In this document: in pieces, positions 1 to 14,817 of the stretch
Layout of the letters: every line of letters begins with the position of its first letter
Numbering within the stretch: the first letter of the stretch is position 1
NCBI GenBank assembly: GCA_030390025.1
Contig: CM059432.1
Span: 69,938,001-70,002,000, forward strand
Source: Squalus acanthias
Taxonomy: Eukaryota
Length of the DNA stretch: 64,000 nt
Direction: 5' to 3'
Notes under the pieces: model-generated
The model's database searches: none
What the model was told of the DNA's origin: nothing
Seen by the model: the letters and a program-made list of their open reading frames with translations, nothing else
Program-made: the position numbers and the translations under genes

Positions 1-832
1 GCCGAGGTTGAAAACAGTCCGGTTCAACTTAAGACACTGACTGGAGAGGGGCATAGAATCATTGGCAAGAGTATGGTGCTCGTGGCGGGGCCAAAGACAA
101 TGGCCGGAATTTTCCTTACCTTGGCGGGTCCGGTGCGGCCGGTGTCCATGGCGGGTCCTGACCCTGCTGCTGGCTCCAATTCGCTGCAGAAAATGAACTT
201 ATCTTAATGGGGCCTATTAAGCCCGCCCAGCGTGTTACCCGGCCCAATGAGATGAAGCGGGTATGGTGACCTCATTCATGACGTGTTTTAAGCTGGGATC
301 CTTAAAGGGACCATGGCCCCATTAAATTTTAAATTTAATCTAACATAATGAGTGTTGAATCTTTACTCTACAATAATATAATAAAAGTTCTATATGAGTG
401 ACAAAGAAATATTTAAATAATATTATCATTAAGTAATATGATGCCATCTATAAATACGATCAAGAACATAATTTAAAAAGTACATTAATTGGGAAGTTAT
501 TGGTGCTTTAGTCACAAATCTATAGACGTTTGTATCAGTAACTGGTACCAATAAAAGATATGTATGTATAGGTAATACATGAAATTAAGCAGATTTTAAA
601 TGTAATTGTAAAGGGGTGGATTTACAATTTTATGCAAGTTCAGCAGAAGAGCTGTGGAATCCCTGACAAACAGTGTGCTTACAATGTGTTGCTGGGATTT
701 CTGCAGCTCTTCCGTTGAAATTAACACTGGACAAGTGAGAGAACCTCCACAGAAATTCACCCTAAAGTCTCAGACTGAAAAATTAAATGAGTCATATTCA
801 GGGATTGAAAGCAAATTGAACCAGTGGAATGA

Positions 833-2930
833 GTGATGAGAATGAAATTGTTCATCCCTGTTTGGCATAAAAATAAAACAAAAAAGGTGACTCAACCGTG
901 GCTAACAAGGGAAATTAGGGATAGCATAAGATCCAAGGAGAGGACATATAAAATGGCCAGAAAAAGCAGCAAATCTGAGGATTGGGAGCAGTTTAGGATT
1001 CAGCAAAGGAGGACAAAGGGATTAATTAAGAGGGGGAAAATAGAATATGAGAGTAAGCTTGCAGGGAACATAAAACCTGACTGTAAATGCTTCTATAGAT
1101 ATGTGAAGAGAAAAAGATTGGTGAAGTCAAGCGTAGGTCCCTTGCAGTCAGAATCAGGGGAATTTATAATGGGGAACAAAGAAATGGCAGCCCAATTAAA
1201 TACATACTTTGGTTCTGTCTTCACAAAGGATACAAATAAACTCCCAGAGATGTCGGGGAACATAGGGTCTAATGAGAGGGAGGAATTGAATCAAATCAGT
1301 ATTTGTAGGGAAATGGTGTTATGGAAATTGACGGGATTGAAGGCCGATAAATCCCCAGGGCCTGATAATCTACATCCTAGGGTACTTAAGGAAGTGGCCC
1401 TAGAAATAGTAGATGCATTGCTGGTCATCTTCCAAAATTCTATAGACTCTGCAACAGTTCCCATGGATTGGAGGGTAGCTAATGTAACCCCACTATTTAA
1501 AAAAGGTGGTAGAGAAAAAACGGGGAATTATAGACTGGTAAGCCTGACATCGGTAGTAGGGAAAATGATAGAGTCCATTATAAAAGATGTAATAGCAGAG
1601 CACTTGGAAAACAGTGACAGGATCGGACAAAGTCAACATGGATTTACAAAAGGTAAATCATGCCTGACTAATCTACTGGAATTTTTTGAGGATGTAACTG
1701 GTAGAATAGATAAGGGAGAACCAGTGGATGTGGTGTATTTGGACTTTCAGAAGGCTTTCGATAAGGTCCCGCATAAGAGATTAGCGTGCAAAGTTAAAGC
1801 ACATGGGATTGGGGGTAAGGTACTGATTTGGATAGAGAACTGGTTGGCAGACAGGAAGCAAAGAGTTGGAATAAACCGTTCTTTTTCCGAGTGGCAGGCA
1901 GTGACTAGTCGGGTACCACAGGGATCGGTGCTAGGACCCCAGCTATTCACAGTATATATTAATGATCTAGACGAGGGAACTAGATGTAATATCTCTAAGT
2001 TTGCAGACGACACAAAGCTGGGTGGGCATGTGTGCTGTGAGGAGGATGCAGGGAAACTCCAGTATGATTTGGACAGGTTGGGTGATTGGGCAGATGCATG
2101 GCAGATGCAGTATAATGTGGATAAATGCGAGGTTATCCACTTTGATGGCAAAAACAGGAAGACAGATTATTATCTGAACGGCAATAGATTGGGAAAAGGG
2201 GAAGTGCAACTAGATCTGGGAGTCCTTGTGCACCAGTCGCTGAAGGTAAGCATGCAGGTGCAGCAGGCGGTTAAGAAGGCAAATGGCATGTTGGCCTTCA
2301 TAGCGATAGGATTCGAGTACAGGAGCAAGGATGTCTTGCTGCAGTTGTACAAGGCCTTGGTGAGACCACACCTTGAGTATTGTGTGCAGTTTTGGTCGCC
2401 TTATCTGAGGAAGGATGTTCTTGCCATGGAGGGAGTGCAGTGAAGATTTGCCAGACTGATACCTGGGATGGCAGGAATGACGTATGAAGAGAGATTGGGT
2501 CGATTAGGCTTATATTCGCTAGAGTTTAGAAGAATGAGAGGGGATCTCATTGAAACTTATAAAATTCTAACAGGACTAGACAGACTAGATGCAGGAAGGA
2601 TGTTCCCGATGGCGGGGGAGTCCAGAACCAGGGGTCACAGTCTAAGGATAAGGGGTAAGCCATTTAGGACTGAGATGAGGAGGAATTTCTTCACCCAGAG
2701 AGTAGTGAACCTGTGGAATTCTCTACCACAGAAGGCAGTTGAGGCCAATTCATTAAATATATTCAAGAAGGAGATAGATATAATTCTTAAGGCTAAAGGG
2801 ATCAAGGGATATGGGGAGAAAGCAGGGACAGGGTACTGAATTTGGATGATCATCCATGATCTCATTAAATGGCGGAGCAGGCTCGAGGGGCCAAATGGCC
2901 TACTCCTGCTCCTATCTTCTATGCTTCTAT
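833..2930 (+). mobile_element. 5'-truncated CR1 LINE (ORF2 reverse transcriptase plus 3' UTR)
   Basis: KSPGPD, QHGF, YLDFQKAFDKVPH, PQGSVLGP and FADD motifs; premature TGA at 2441; 3' tail ...ctcctgctcctatcttctatgcttctat. Confidence 0.95.
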
Positions 2931-3570
2931 ACGGTTGATGACTTGATTTAATGTGTAACTGGATAATCACAGTATACTGTGAGAAAAACCTGACCAGAAA
3001 CAACATAAACATTTATTTGAATGGTATATGTAATTTTCTATAGTGCAGATCAATTCATTGCAATTACTGTTGAGTTGGAAGGCAACAGCCAAGAATGGCC
3101 AGTGAAAAATGTATTTCCCTTACAATCCAGGGTAGTACTTACATCCCTTCAGGAATTTCTGAATTAACATTTACCAATAGCTTTTCAAGTAGAACAGAAT
3201 CTCCATCAATCTGTTAGCTGATGTAATCAACTTGTTTTTATTTTGGTTTGTTTTCCATGCTGTCAAGTAATCAGCTGGAGCAATGGCCACAGAACTCATG
3301 CCTCAGGTTGACAGACGTAGTTCCTGAGCTGTGTGAATCCCATGGCCGTGAGGGGAAATGTAAAAAGTAGGGGGGAAAGGCTCTTAAGTGCCTGTAAAGT
3401 GCCTCATAATGATTTCAATGGGTCCCCTGCCGCTGCAGGTGGGGTCAGCTCCACAATGACAGACGAGGAAATTGCAGCTCATCCAAGACTGGATGTCAGA
3501 CAAGCAGACTGATAACACAGAGTGATGGAGGGGTCAAAAGAGGTGGTGGAGTATGGCGTAGAATTACATA

Positions 3571-6242
3571 GGCCCTGAAATTCCCGTGCTTAATGCAGGC
3601 TGTTAACACCGGTTTGAAGAAACAAATGGTGTTCGCCACACTTCCACCAACTTCCAGCGCGGCCCGCCCTTGTCGCCATCTTGGGAAGGGTGATAGTGCG
3701 GCCGTTGCCTGCATGTGGCGGAAGAATTCAAATGAGGCAGATTGTGATGTCATTAGCGCACAACCTGCCATTTTGGACGTCGCCGCTCCACTGTATGCAC
3801 TCCTCTAACCATGCACAGCTCAACGTGTGTTCAGCTGCACGGCGGACCACCCACCAGCAGTACCTAAAGGGACACAATGCACCTTTGAGGTAAGTTGCTT
3901 TTTGCTTTTGTACTGATTCATGTACAGCTTATTTGAGTAGTGTCTTGGTGTAAGATATTTAAAAAGTTGGGAAGGTGTGCAGGGAGTGCTGCTGGATGTT
4001 GGGAAGGCATTGGCTCTTAAAGGAAGGCCTCTGACTACACCACTTGCTCCCAGTCATGGGGGCTCTACTTGCAGTCCCCCTCATGCTGCAGCATTACAGG
4101 GAGATGGAGCAGAGACAGCAAAGACAAGCTGCTCGCAGAGGCAGGAGGAGGGCTCTCAGCAGGAGGGTTTACCCGCCTAGGGTCTTCATGGAGCACTTCT
4201 CCTTCATGCACCTAAGCCAGTAGCAGTGTATTCGGAGACTCCGCATCACCAGAGAGGTTGTCACAGAACTCTTCCAGCTCTTGGAACCAGACCTGCAACC
4301 TCAGAGCAGGGCGACGACAGCTCTGCCAGTGGCCCTCAAGGTGACCGTGGCCCTTAATTTTTTCGGGAGAGGGCGACGCCTCAGCATTCCTAGCCATCTG
4401 CTGGATCACAGATTGCTGGACTGCTGTGAGACCCTGCAAGCCCCTTTTCACACTCGTAAACCCAGCCACGATGGCAGCAGTCTGAGCTTGCGTGGCAGCA
4501 AGCTGAGTGTGCATGGCAAAAGTCTGAGCTTCCACTGCAGCATTCCGATGTCGGGTCGCTTCCGCTTGTGCTGTAATAGAAGCTGCAACATCACCCATCA
4601 CACTCAGCATCATGGTTGGGTCCACAAGTGCTCTGATGGAGTTGCCTATCACTTCCATCCTGGAAATCATGGGCTCCAAGCTCAGCACAAAGCCCTGTAC
4701 AATGTTAGAGCCGGACTCCTCCATGCTCCTTGACAGTGACAAGAGGCTCTCTGACAGGCCTGCCATTGCACCTAGCCTTTATGTGTGCATGCCCATCACC
4801 CTTCTTCTGAAGGTCGACCCATCGAGGTCATCATCTGAGTCCTGTGCAGCAAAACTCGTGTGCGGCCTCGCCCTCCGGGGCGCTGGCACCTGTGCTATCC
4901 TTTCCCCCTGGCCTAGCTGCAGCTCACTTATGCCCGGTAATTCACCACGTGCAGATCCCGCCCCGATACTAACCTTTAAAGTACACGCAGTGCCATTTTC
5001 TGAGCTGGTATCTGGGAGTGTCAGATTGAGTGACGGTGCCTCTTCTTCTCCATCACTCTGCTCCTCTACTTCTTGCTGAAGAGGTTCGACTGCTGGCAGT
5101 TCTTGGATATCTGAAAGGAGAAAGGCAGAAGGGTCAGGTTGTGGTGAGGGGAGGGGGGGAAGCAAGATGTCCATGCATACACCATCAGCAGCTTGTAAGT
5201 GAGAAGTGATTGTGGGATGAGGGGGAAGTGGAATGTGAGAAGAAGGATTAGGCATGAACATCAATGGTTTCAGCCTTGCTCTGTGCCACGGCCTCAGTGA
5301 CGGCCCCTCCAATTATCTCCAGCAGTCTTCTCCATGGGGGTTAGGTTGTGCAGATGTGCTTGCCCCCCGCCTGTTTGTTACTGCTCTCTCCGATTGTGAG
5401 CGACCTTGGCCTGCAATAGAAAGGGAGTGCGTCAGTGAGTCTGGTGCAATGTGTTTGGGTGATGTGCCTGTCATGGTTGAATAGCTGATATTGTGTGCAA
5501 GGTGTGAGATGTAGGTGTGAGGCTTGCAGCAGTGGTAAGTGTGTGAGTGTGAGGTGAAGCTTTGATTGTGGGGTATGAGTTGTGATTGCTAGAGATTGTT
5601 GGTAGGTGAGTGATGGGGGTGTGGTGCATTGAGCAGTGTGTGAGGCTAGTGGTGCAGTTGGTGGGATATGGCATTTGATGACGCATTCACTCACCTTGAC
5701 CACTCGAGGAAGGTCATTAAACTTCTTCTGGCACTGGATCCAGGTCCTGGCGGTAACACTGGTGGCACTGACGGCTTCTGTTATTTTCTCCCGCTGCCTT
5801 CTTACAGTGTTCCTGGAAGGCCTCCTGCCCCCCTGTGGGTACAGGACCTGTCTCCTCCTGTACACCCCCAGCACCAAGGACTCCATTGCTGCATCGGAGA
5901 ACTGAGGTGCACGTTCTCTCCCCATTGAGACATATTTATTGCTCTAGCTCCACCAACAATGTCTAGCTCCAACAACAATGAGGTCTTTCTGATTCAGAGC
6001 CCCTCCCCTTTTAAGAAGTACAGACCAGCCTGTGACTTTGCAAGCAACTTTTAAATGGATGGCAGACTGCACAGGATATTGGGGCCCCTGTTGAGCGCTG
6101 AGCCAACCAGTAGCGCGTTTAGCACTGAGCTCAGCACTCCAAATTAATTTTGCGTGCTGCTTGCACTACTTTCAGCGGGCGTGGGCAGATCATGCATCGC
6201 GATCCACGCACCCATTTTCCGGCCTAATCAAATTTAGCCCCC
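3571..6242. mobile_element. Defective Harbinger: 5' part of transposase (+, about 4057-4365) abutting a decayed 3-exon Myb-like gene (-, 5925 to about 4370)
   Basis: LKVTVALNFF transposase motif; MGRERAPQFSDAAMESLV...RTWIQCQKKFNDL Myb exon; degenerate ends GGCCCTGAAATT and AATTTAGCCCCC. Confidence 0.8.
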
Positions 6243-8382
6243 ACAGACTTTTACAGCACAGAAACAGGCCATTTGGCCCAACAGGTCTATGCCGGTGTTT
6301 GTGCTCCATACAGCCTTCTCCCACATTACTTTATCTCACCCTATCAACGTAGCCTTCGATTCCTTTCTCCTTCATGTACTTATCTAACTGCACTTTATAT
6401 GGCTTTTTTAACCAGCGTTGCTACTTTTAATGATTTGTAAATCTGTACCTCTAGATCCTTTTGCGCCTCTTCCTCATTTAGAGTCTTAGGCCTAGAAATT
6501 CAATAAGGCCCAAAAACGGACAGGGGCACCGCGGGGCGAGATTTGCTTGCGCACATTTAGAAAGCGCAGGCAGCAGGTTAATTTGGTGCTGCCTGCTGAT
6601 TTCAATGAATTTGGCACCAGCCCAGCAACGAACGCACTGTTTCAGGCTATGCACTCAGCAGGAGGTGCAATGTTGCGCCACTATAACATCGCTGTAGCGA
6701 GGCTGCATTCTCTTAAAACAAGGCTTTCATTTTTGAAAGTAGTCTCGAGCCCTTAAAGGTGAATTGCCTTCTGAAACAGAAATTAAAATTAATTCAAAAA
6801 TCGGCAGTATTAGCACTTAAAGCTCAACTGCCTTCTGAAAAAAAACATTAAAAATCATTCCAAACTAGGCAGTCTTCAGCTGTTAAAGCTGAATTGCCTT
6901 CTGCATGTATAAAATGGTAAAAGTGCTTCAGCACTAACACAAATGGCTGAACAGGCCAGGGAAAGGGCACCCAGGGTCTCGGACGCAACACTCCATCTTT
7001 ATGCGGGGTGTCAACACTGGAAGAGAGGTCCTCTACCCACAGGGAGCAGGAGGCTCTCCAGAAAGAAAGATGTGGGACCAGATCATCGAGGCTGTTACTC
7101 CCAGCAATGTCACCCCAGGACCTGGCTCCAGTGCCCAAAGAGGTTTCATGACCTCAGAGCAGTGGTCAAGGTCAGTGAATGCATCTTCAAAAGCCATCTC
7201 CTACCAAATGTACCACGAGCCTCACACACTGCTCAATGCACGACCCCACCCCCACTTCACTCACCTACCAACAATCTGTACCAAACATGGGGCACACCTC
7301 ACATTCCTAGCCTCACCTCACCCCCTTGGAGGAGACGATGCTGGCCATTCTTGGCAGGGGCATGGCTGAGCCCTTGGCCAGCGGCAGGGCTGAAAGATTG
7401 CAAGATGCCGGTATCCTCATATGTTATCCTCCTTCTCGCATCTCACTTCCTACTTATCCCACAATATCTTATTATGTACAAGCTGCAAGTGGTGTAATTA
7501 TGCAGCTCTTGCTTTCCCACCCTCCCCTCACTACAAACCTACCCTTGTGCCTTCCTCATTTCAGACACCCAAGAAATGCAGCCTGCCCAGCCAGTGGTTG
7601 ACCAAGAAGAGGGAGGAGCGTGAAGAAGAAGAAGAAGAAACACCGTTACTCAATTTGACACTCACAGCCACTAGCTCCTCGACGTCGTCCTCCAAGGCCA
7701 TCTGCAGCCTCCCCCACTGAAAGTTAGCAGCCTTCCACCAGCCATGCTGCAGCCACTGGGGTAGCACAGCGTGACATCACTAGGATAGGCAAAGGCACAC
7801 ACAAGACAGTCACTAAGGAAATGCACAAGGGTGATTAGTTGATTCTTTAATGTAATATTGGATGCATATATGAATAAAGTTGGATTGGAAAGTTGTGCTT
7901 TGTGGTGGCTTTTGTTTCAGCATTGTGGCCAAGAGGATGCTATGATGGTCAGTAACAGAGGGATGTTAAGGTGTGGGATAAATGTTGAAAGGGGAATTGG
8001 GGTTGTGGTCACTGGTACCGCAGGCGGATGATTTGATCCCGGATATCCCAGCCAGAAAGGGGCTGTCTGGGTTGCCTCCTTCCTTCAGCTTCCTCCTTTT
8101 CTGCTTCCACCTCTTCCCTCTGCGAGCAGCTTGCCCACTTTGCTGTCTGTTTCATCTCCATCTGATGTTGCAGCCCAAGAGGGACTGCAACTAGAGCCCC
8201 CAGGACTGTGAGCAAGTGGTGTTCTCAGAGTCCTTGCTTTAACATCCAAAGCCTTGCAAGCGTCCAGCAGCACTCCCGGTACACTTTAACAATTTCTTAA
8301 ATGTATTGCACCAAGCCAGTACTCCAATAAAATATTTTAAAAACACTCCAAAAGTTGAAATCGATACTTACCTGAAAGATAA

Positions 8383-8598
8383 GGGAACGGTAGCATAGTG
8401 GTTATGTCACTGGGCTAATAATCATGAGGCCTGGACTAATGATCCATGAGACGTGTGTTCAAATCCCACCACGGCAGCTGGGGAATTTAAATTCAGTTAA
8501 TTAAATAAATCTGGAATAAAAAGCTAGTATCAGTAATGGTAACCATGAATCTATCGGATTGTTGTATAAAACCCAGGGAAGGGAATCTGACATAGTCA
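8383..8598 (+). mobile_element. 5' part of a tRNA-derived SINE fused to the downstream LINE
   Basis: A-box-like TAGCATAGTGG and B-box-like GTTCAAATCC. It ends in GGGAAGGGAATCTG, which matches the SINE body at about 30003. Confidence 0.7.
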
Positions 8599-11135
8599 GA
8601 CTCACAGAATCATACCTTTCAGCCAATATCCCAGACTCCTCCATCACCATCTCTGGGTATGTCCTGTCCCACCGGCAGGACAGACCCAGCAGGGGTGGCG
8701 GCACAGTGGTATACAGTCGGGAAGGAGTGGCCCTGGGAGTCCTCAACATTGACTCTGGACCCCATCAAGTCTCATGGCTTCCGGCCAAGCATGGGCAAGG
8801 AAACCTCCTGTTGATTATCACCTACCGCCCTCCCTCAGCTGATGAATCAGTACTCCTCCATGTTGAACACCACTTCGAAGAAGTAGTAAGGGCACAGGTG
8901 GGGGACTTCAATGTCAATCAGCAAGAGTGGCTCGGTAGCACCACTACTGGCCGAGTCCTGAAGGACATAGCTGCCAGTCTGGGTCTGCGACAGGTGGTGA
9001 AAGAACCATCATGAGGGAAAAAAACCTACTTGACCTCATCCTCACCAATCTACCTGTCGCAGATGCATCTGTCCATGATAGTATGAGCAGTGACCACCGC
9101 ACAGTCATTGTGGAGACTAAGTCCCATCTTCACATTGAGGACACCCTCCATCGTGTTGTGCGGCACTACCACCGTGCTAAATGGGATAGATTCAGAACAG
9201 ACCTAGCAGCTCAAAACTGGGCATCCATGAGGCGCTGTGGGGCAGCAGCAAAATTGTATTCCACCACAATCTGTAACCTCATGGCCCAGCATATCCCTCA
9301 CTCTACCATTACCATCAAGCCAGGGGACCAACCCTGGTTCAATAAGGAGTGTAGAAGAGCATGCCAGGAGCAGCACCAGGTGTACCTAAAAATGAGGTGC
9401 CAACCTGGGGAAGCTGCATCACAGGACTACATGCATGCTAAAAAGCGGAAGCAGCATGCTATAGACAGGGCTAAGCGATCCCACAGTCAACGGATCAGAT
9501 CCAAGCTCGGCAGTCCTGCCACATCCAGTCGTGAATGGTGGTGGACCATTAAACAACTGATGGGAGGAGGAGGCTCCATGAATATCCCCATCCTCAATGA
9601 TGGTGGAGCCCAGCACGTGAGTGCAAAAGACAAGGCTGAAGCGTTTGCAACCATCTTCACCCAGAAGTGCCAAGTGGATGATCCATATCGGCCTACTCTT
9701 GAGGTCCCCACCATCACAGAAGCCAGTCTTCAGCCAATTCGATTCACTCCACGTGATATCGAGAAACGGCTGAGCGCACTGGATACAGCAATGGCTATGG
9801 GCCCAGACAACATCCGTGCTATTGTGCTGAAGACTTGTACTCCAGAACTAGCCGTGCTTCTAGTCAAGCTGTTCCTTTACAGCTACAACACTGTCATCTT
9901 TCCGACAATGTGGAAATCTGCCCAGGTGTGTCCTGTCCACAGTAAGCAGGACAAATCCAATCTGGCCAATTACCGCCCCATCAGTCTACTCTCAATCATC
10001 AGCAAAGTGATGGAAGGTGCTATCAAGTGGCACTTACTCACTAAAACTGAAGTCAATGGGAATCGGGGGGAAAACCCTCCACTGGATGGAGTTATACCTG
10101 CACAAAGGAAGATGGTTGTGGTGGCTGAAGGTCAATCATCGCAGCAGGTGTTCCTCAGGGCAGTGTCCTAGGCCCAACTGCTTCATCAATGACCTTCCCT
10201 CCAACATAAGGTCAGAAATGGGGTTGTTCGCTGATGACTGCACAGTGTTCAGCGCCATTCACAACTCCTCAGATAATGAAGCAGTCCATGCCCACATGCA
10301 ACAAGACCTGGACAATGTTCAGGCTTGGGCTGATAAGTGGCAGGTAACATTCACGCCACAGAAGTGCCAGGCAATGACTATCTCCAACAAGCAAGAGTCT
10401 AATCACCGCCCCTTGACATTCAACGGCATTACCATTGCCGAATCCCCCACAATCAACAACCTGGGGGTTACCATTGACCAGTAACTTAACTGGACCAGCC
10501 ACATAAATACTGTGGCAACAAGAGCAGGTCAGAGGCTAGGTATTCTGCAGCGTGTGTCTCACCTCCTGACTCCCCAAAGCCTTTACACCATCTACAAGGC
10601 ACAAGTAAGGAGTGTGATGGAATACTCTCCACTTGCCTGGATGAGTGCAGCTACAACAACACTCAAGAAGCTCGACACCATCCAGGACAAAGCAGCCTGC
10701 TTGATTGGCACCCCATCCACCACCTTAAACATTCAGTCCCTCCACCACCGGCGTACCGTGGCTGCAGTGTGTACCATCTACAAGATGCGCTGCAGCAACT
10801 CGCCAAGGCTTCTTCGGCAGCACCTCCCAAACCTACGACCTCTTCCACCTAGAAGGACAAGGGCAGCAGGCGCATAGGAACACCACCACCTCCAAGTTCC
10901 CCTTCAAGTATAACACAATATTGACTTAGAAGTATATCTCTGATCCTTCATCGTCGCTGGGTCAAAATACTGGAACTCCCTCCCTAACAGCACTGTGGGA
11001 GTACCTTTACCACATGGACTGCAGCGGTTCAAGAAGGCGGCTCACCACCCCCTTCTGAAGGGCACTTCGGCATGGGCAATAATTGCTGGCCTTGCCAGCG
11101 AAGACCACATCCCATAAACGAATATTTTTTTTTAA
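8580..11135 (+). mobile_element. CR1-group non-LTR retrotransposon (APE endonuclease plus RT), frameshifted and internally deleted; distinct from the CR1 family above
   Basis: LTESYL, RGGG, YRPP, GDFN, LDLILTN, SDH (endonuclease); GPDNI, NYRPISLLS, FADD (RT); 3' tail ...gggcaataattgctggccttgccagcg... Confidence 0.88.
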
Positions 11136-14100
11136 AAGTGTGTGTCCATATAAGAAGCGCTGACAGCGTGTCTGTACAACTGCTGCATGCACGTTCTACT
11201 GTGCGTGGATAGAAGAGGGCGGTATGGAGTACAGCAACATCCAAAATCGCAGTCGTGCGTCAATTCGGGCGTTGCATGCTGATTGACGTCACGATCTGCA
11301 TATTTACATGGGAGAGGCAAGCGCAGGTAATGGCAGTGCTGCCGACCTCTCCAAAATGGTGGCCTCCATGTCTCGCACCGGAAGCAGCCGGAAGCGAGTC
11401 ACCAACAAAACCGGTCTTAATGGCCGGCGCTGCAACATCAAATTTCCTGGCCTTATTTTTCAAGGAGTATTTGGACTCCTTATTCTTCCTACCAAAATAC
11501 ATAATCTCTTGACTATCTATATTGAAATTTGCCATTTACATGCCCATTCTGCAAGTTTGTTAATGTCTTGTATGTCTTGAAGTTGATCAAATGTTTGCGG
11601 ATAATGTTGCCAAGCTACAGCATGTAGAAAGAGGAGGTGTCCAAGGACATATACTTGGGGGACTCCAATAGCTACATAGCACTGGTATTCTTGGAATTTT
11701 CTATATGATATCTAATAAGAACTGCATGAAATTTCTACAAATTTCAAGTTTTAGTAATAAGCCCAGGCTAAAACTGAGATCAAAGCAGAAGATGCTCATT
11801 GCACAAGATGTGAACAGAGAAGGATGTGATCACCAAACTGATCTTGATGACTTCCTTTTAAAGAATTTTGATATTTCCTACCTTACAACAGTGATTACAC
11901 TTCAAAATACTTCATTGGTTGCTTTGGGTCGTCCTGAGGTCGTGAAAGGCACTATATAAATGCAAGTTCTTTATTTCTTTAATTGTGCAATCATTTCACA
12001 ATTACAAGTTTTCTCATTTTTTGTAGTTGGAAATTAATTTTGAGAACCAATAATTGCATAGTGTAAATATTTTGTGCTTAGCAATCAGACAATAAACCAT
12101 CACTCTCAGTCTGAAACAAATGTTTTAAGTGTGCTTAATAAGAGGAGCTAAGTAACAAACCTTAATTATAATGTTATAAGAAGTAAGTAAATGCATAGCA
12201 AGCAACAGAGATACTGAAAATATTTATAGACTACTAGTGACAGATGTTGTGTAAAACACAGCAGTTTTAATGAAGAGCCTCCATCTAAAATACTAATCTA
12301 ATGCTAAAAGATAGGCTGTGTATTTTCAAAATGTTCTTCAGATTTTCACTTGTGCAATACAATACATTTGTCTGTATTATATGTCATTGTTCCACCTACA
12401 TTATTGGACATATTGCTCTCACTCAAGCCTGGGCAATGCTCATTTCCCAGGAGCTGGGGAGATGAAAAGGATGCAGAGATCTGATACGTCAGGCCTCCAC
12501 TGCTTTTATTTTCCCCCCAGGATCCAGGATTTCTGGGGTTCCCCAGGAGTTCGGAGCAGGGCCTGCACTTACAATAGTCACAGGCACGGAGTTGGGATAT
12601 TAATGAGATGTGTTCCCGGCCCTCCCGCCTAAATTTCCCGTCCTTGCATCACAGGGGCACTGAGTTAGAGTGCACTTTTAAGAAGCCTTGCCCCTGGACT
12701 CTCCCTCAGATTGGAGAGCCTGAGGACGCAGACAGTAAACTGAATAAGGACCAACAGATAAATGGCCTTTTTTGGCAAGTACAGTTGAATTTTGGAGTGT
12801 AGAGGCTTTCTTGCTACTGTCCTGCAACAGTATCTAGAAAGCCCCCCGTGCCATGGCCAACCACAGAGCTGCAGGCTGCTCAGACCTACAGCTGTGCTCC
12901 TGATTCCAGCACTAATTCCTGTTTCAAGGCCCTGCCAGGGGTTGTCCTGTTCTGAGGGTGCAAACAGGTCCAACCCAACAAATTAGGACACACCTCAGCC
13001 TGGATAGATGGAGCTCACTAGAACTAGAAGTGCGCTCCAATGTCCAGCACATGAGCAAGAAGGGAACAATATCGGGGTCATTTTGTCTAACTCGTTTTGT
13101 AGTTAACTGGTCCTCCTAGTTTAGAATCATCTGTGAATTTAACCAGGTTTTATTGAGCTTCCGAATCCAAGCTGTTAATTTAAATTGGAAACAGTCCCCT
13201 AGAATAGGAAAAATGAGACTGCCATGCAAATGGTATGAAAAGCTTTAGGTTATAAAAGAAATTAAAAGGGTTATGTGAAATGTCAAAATTAATGTATTTG
13301 TGCAGGCATTTAAAGTAATCACAACCATTCATAGGCTTAATTGATATAATTGTGGAGTAGGAACTCAATTTTTTATTAATATAACAATATTATTAGATGG
13401 TTGACCTTGGCTAGATGTAATAATATTGATGTGTTTGCAATTGGGATGGCCAACAAGTTTTAGCCCCAAAAATTATGACAATAATAATTAACAATATTGT
13501 GGTAAAATTGTACTACATTCAAAAAGGAGATATTTTGGTCTTTAAAGACACTGCTAAGATTTCATTCTAAAATAGCATAATAATATATAGTCTCCACTAC
13601 ACTTCGAAATTCCAGATTAATCTCTCAGAAGACATAGGCAACCCCTGGAAGATTCGTCTAGGACTTGGAAAACCAGGAAAAAAATCAACTCCAGCAACAT
13701 CTCCAATATTACTTCGCTATTTTAAGATGCAAAATGTAACTAATCTAGCCACGTTTAGCTACTCTATTAATGAGAGCCTACCTGTATATTCTAATGGTGA
13801 CAAATGGCTTGAGTTCCCTATAGAATGGCCGCAAAAACCTACCATGTCCGGTGAGTATAAAATCCTAATAAAAATATCCTTGTATTATATTCCGTTCTGT
13901 CTCATAAAGTTACATAACTGAGTACTTTAATCACAATGGCCCTGAAATTCTATGGGGCCTCTGCTGGTCTCCTGCCACAACTCCAGCCCGAGACCAGCAG
14001 AACCCCCAGGGAAACAGTGTAAACAGCAGAAACCGGCAGTTTATGCTGTTTTCCTCAGGGTTCTGCTGGGTTCCTGCTGGAATTACAGTGGGACACCAGT

Positions 14101-14817
14101 AAAAATCCTGTGGAATTTAAAAGCCAATGTTTCCATCACAGTTTTACTCTTGAGGGATACAGAGATTGCAATCAAAAACTTCACACACAAGGGAAGAAAA
14201 TAAATTGGGAAGAAATCTTTATTAGTTTTAAAATGGTATTAGTATTGTGCAACAAAAACAGAAAACACTGGAGACACTCAGCAGGTCAGGCAGCATCTGT
14301 CGAGAAGTCAGTTGATGTTTCAGGTATAAACCCATACTCGGAACTAAAAGATATTACAGATGAATAGCATTTAAAAAGGAACAGAACAATGGAAAGAGAG
14401 AAGGGGGGAAAACACACATGACCACGCATACACAGTAAAGACATAGAATGACCTCTAAAGTTCCATGGTAGGGATCATGAAATCGTTAAAGAGCAGAAGT
14501 GATATGCGCAGGAAACAAAAGGAGAAATAAATTAGAAAAATTTAAGAAATAAAATATATATACAAGACACTGAGAGTGTGAGAAGAGGTAAAAAGGGATT
14601 GGTAGGTAGAATTAGAAGCATGAAAAACTGGCAAAATGGAGTAGGCTCCAGTAGCACAGGGGTCTGGTCGAAGAAAAAAGTAGGTTGGCACCAATTTCAG
14701 GCTTTAGTTACCAGCAGAGTCTGGGGCTCTTCTTTAGAACAGAGGTTTAAGAAAAGATCTGATAATTAGGGGTTTTGATAAGATAAATCGGGAAATACGA
14801 TTTCCACTAGTCAGTGA

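Larger units (their letters stand above)
6489..11452. mobile_element. Non-autonomous Harbinger deletion derivative (copy 1) carrying a nested SINE-LINE insertion
   Basis: TIRs GGCCTAGAAATT and AATTTCCTGGCC with a TTA TSD (6486-88; 11453-55). Myb-like remnants on + (from 6943) and transposase ends on - (about 8010-8230). Interrupts a minus-strand CR1 fragment. Confidence 0.85.

Noticed and set aside
3044..3131. Candidate upstream host exon (ADQFIAITVELEG...)
   Set aside because: Plausible AG/GT ends and an open frame, but no recognisable PLAT similarity, so it cannot be supported.
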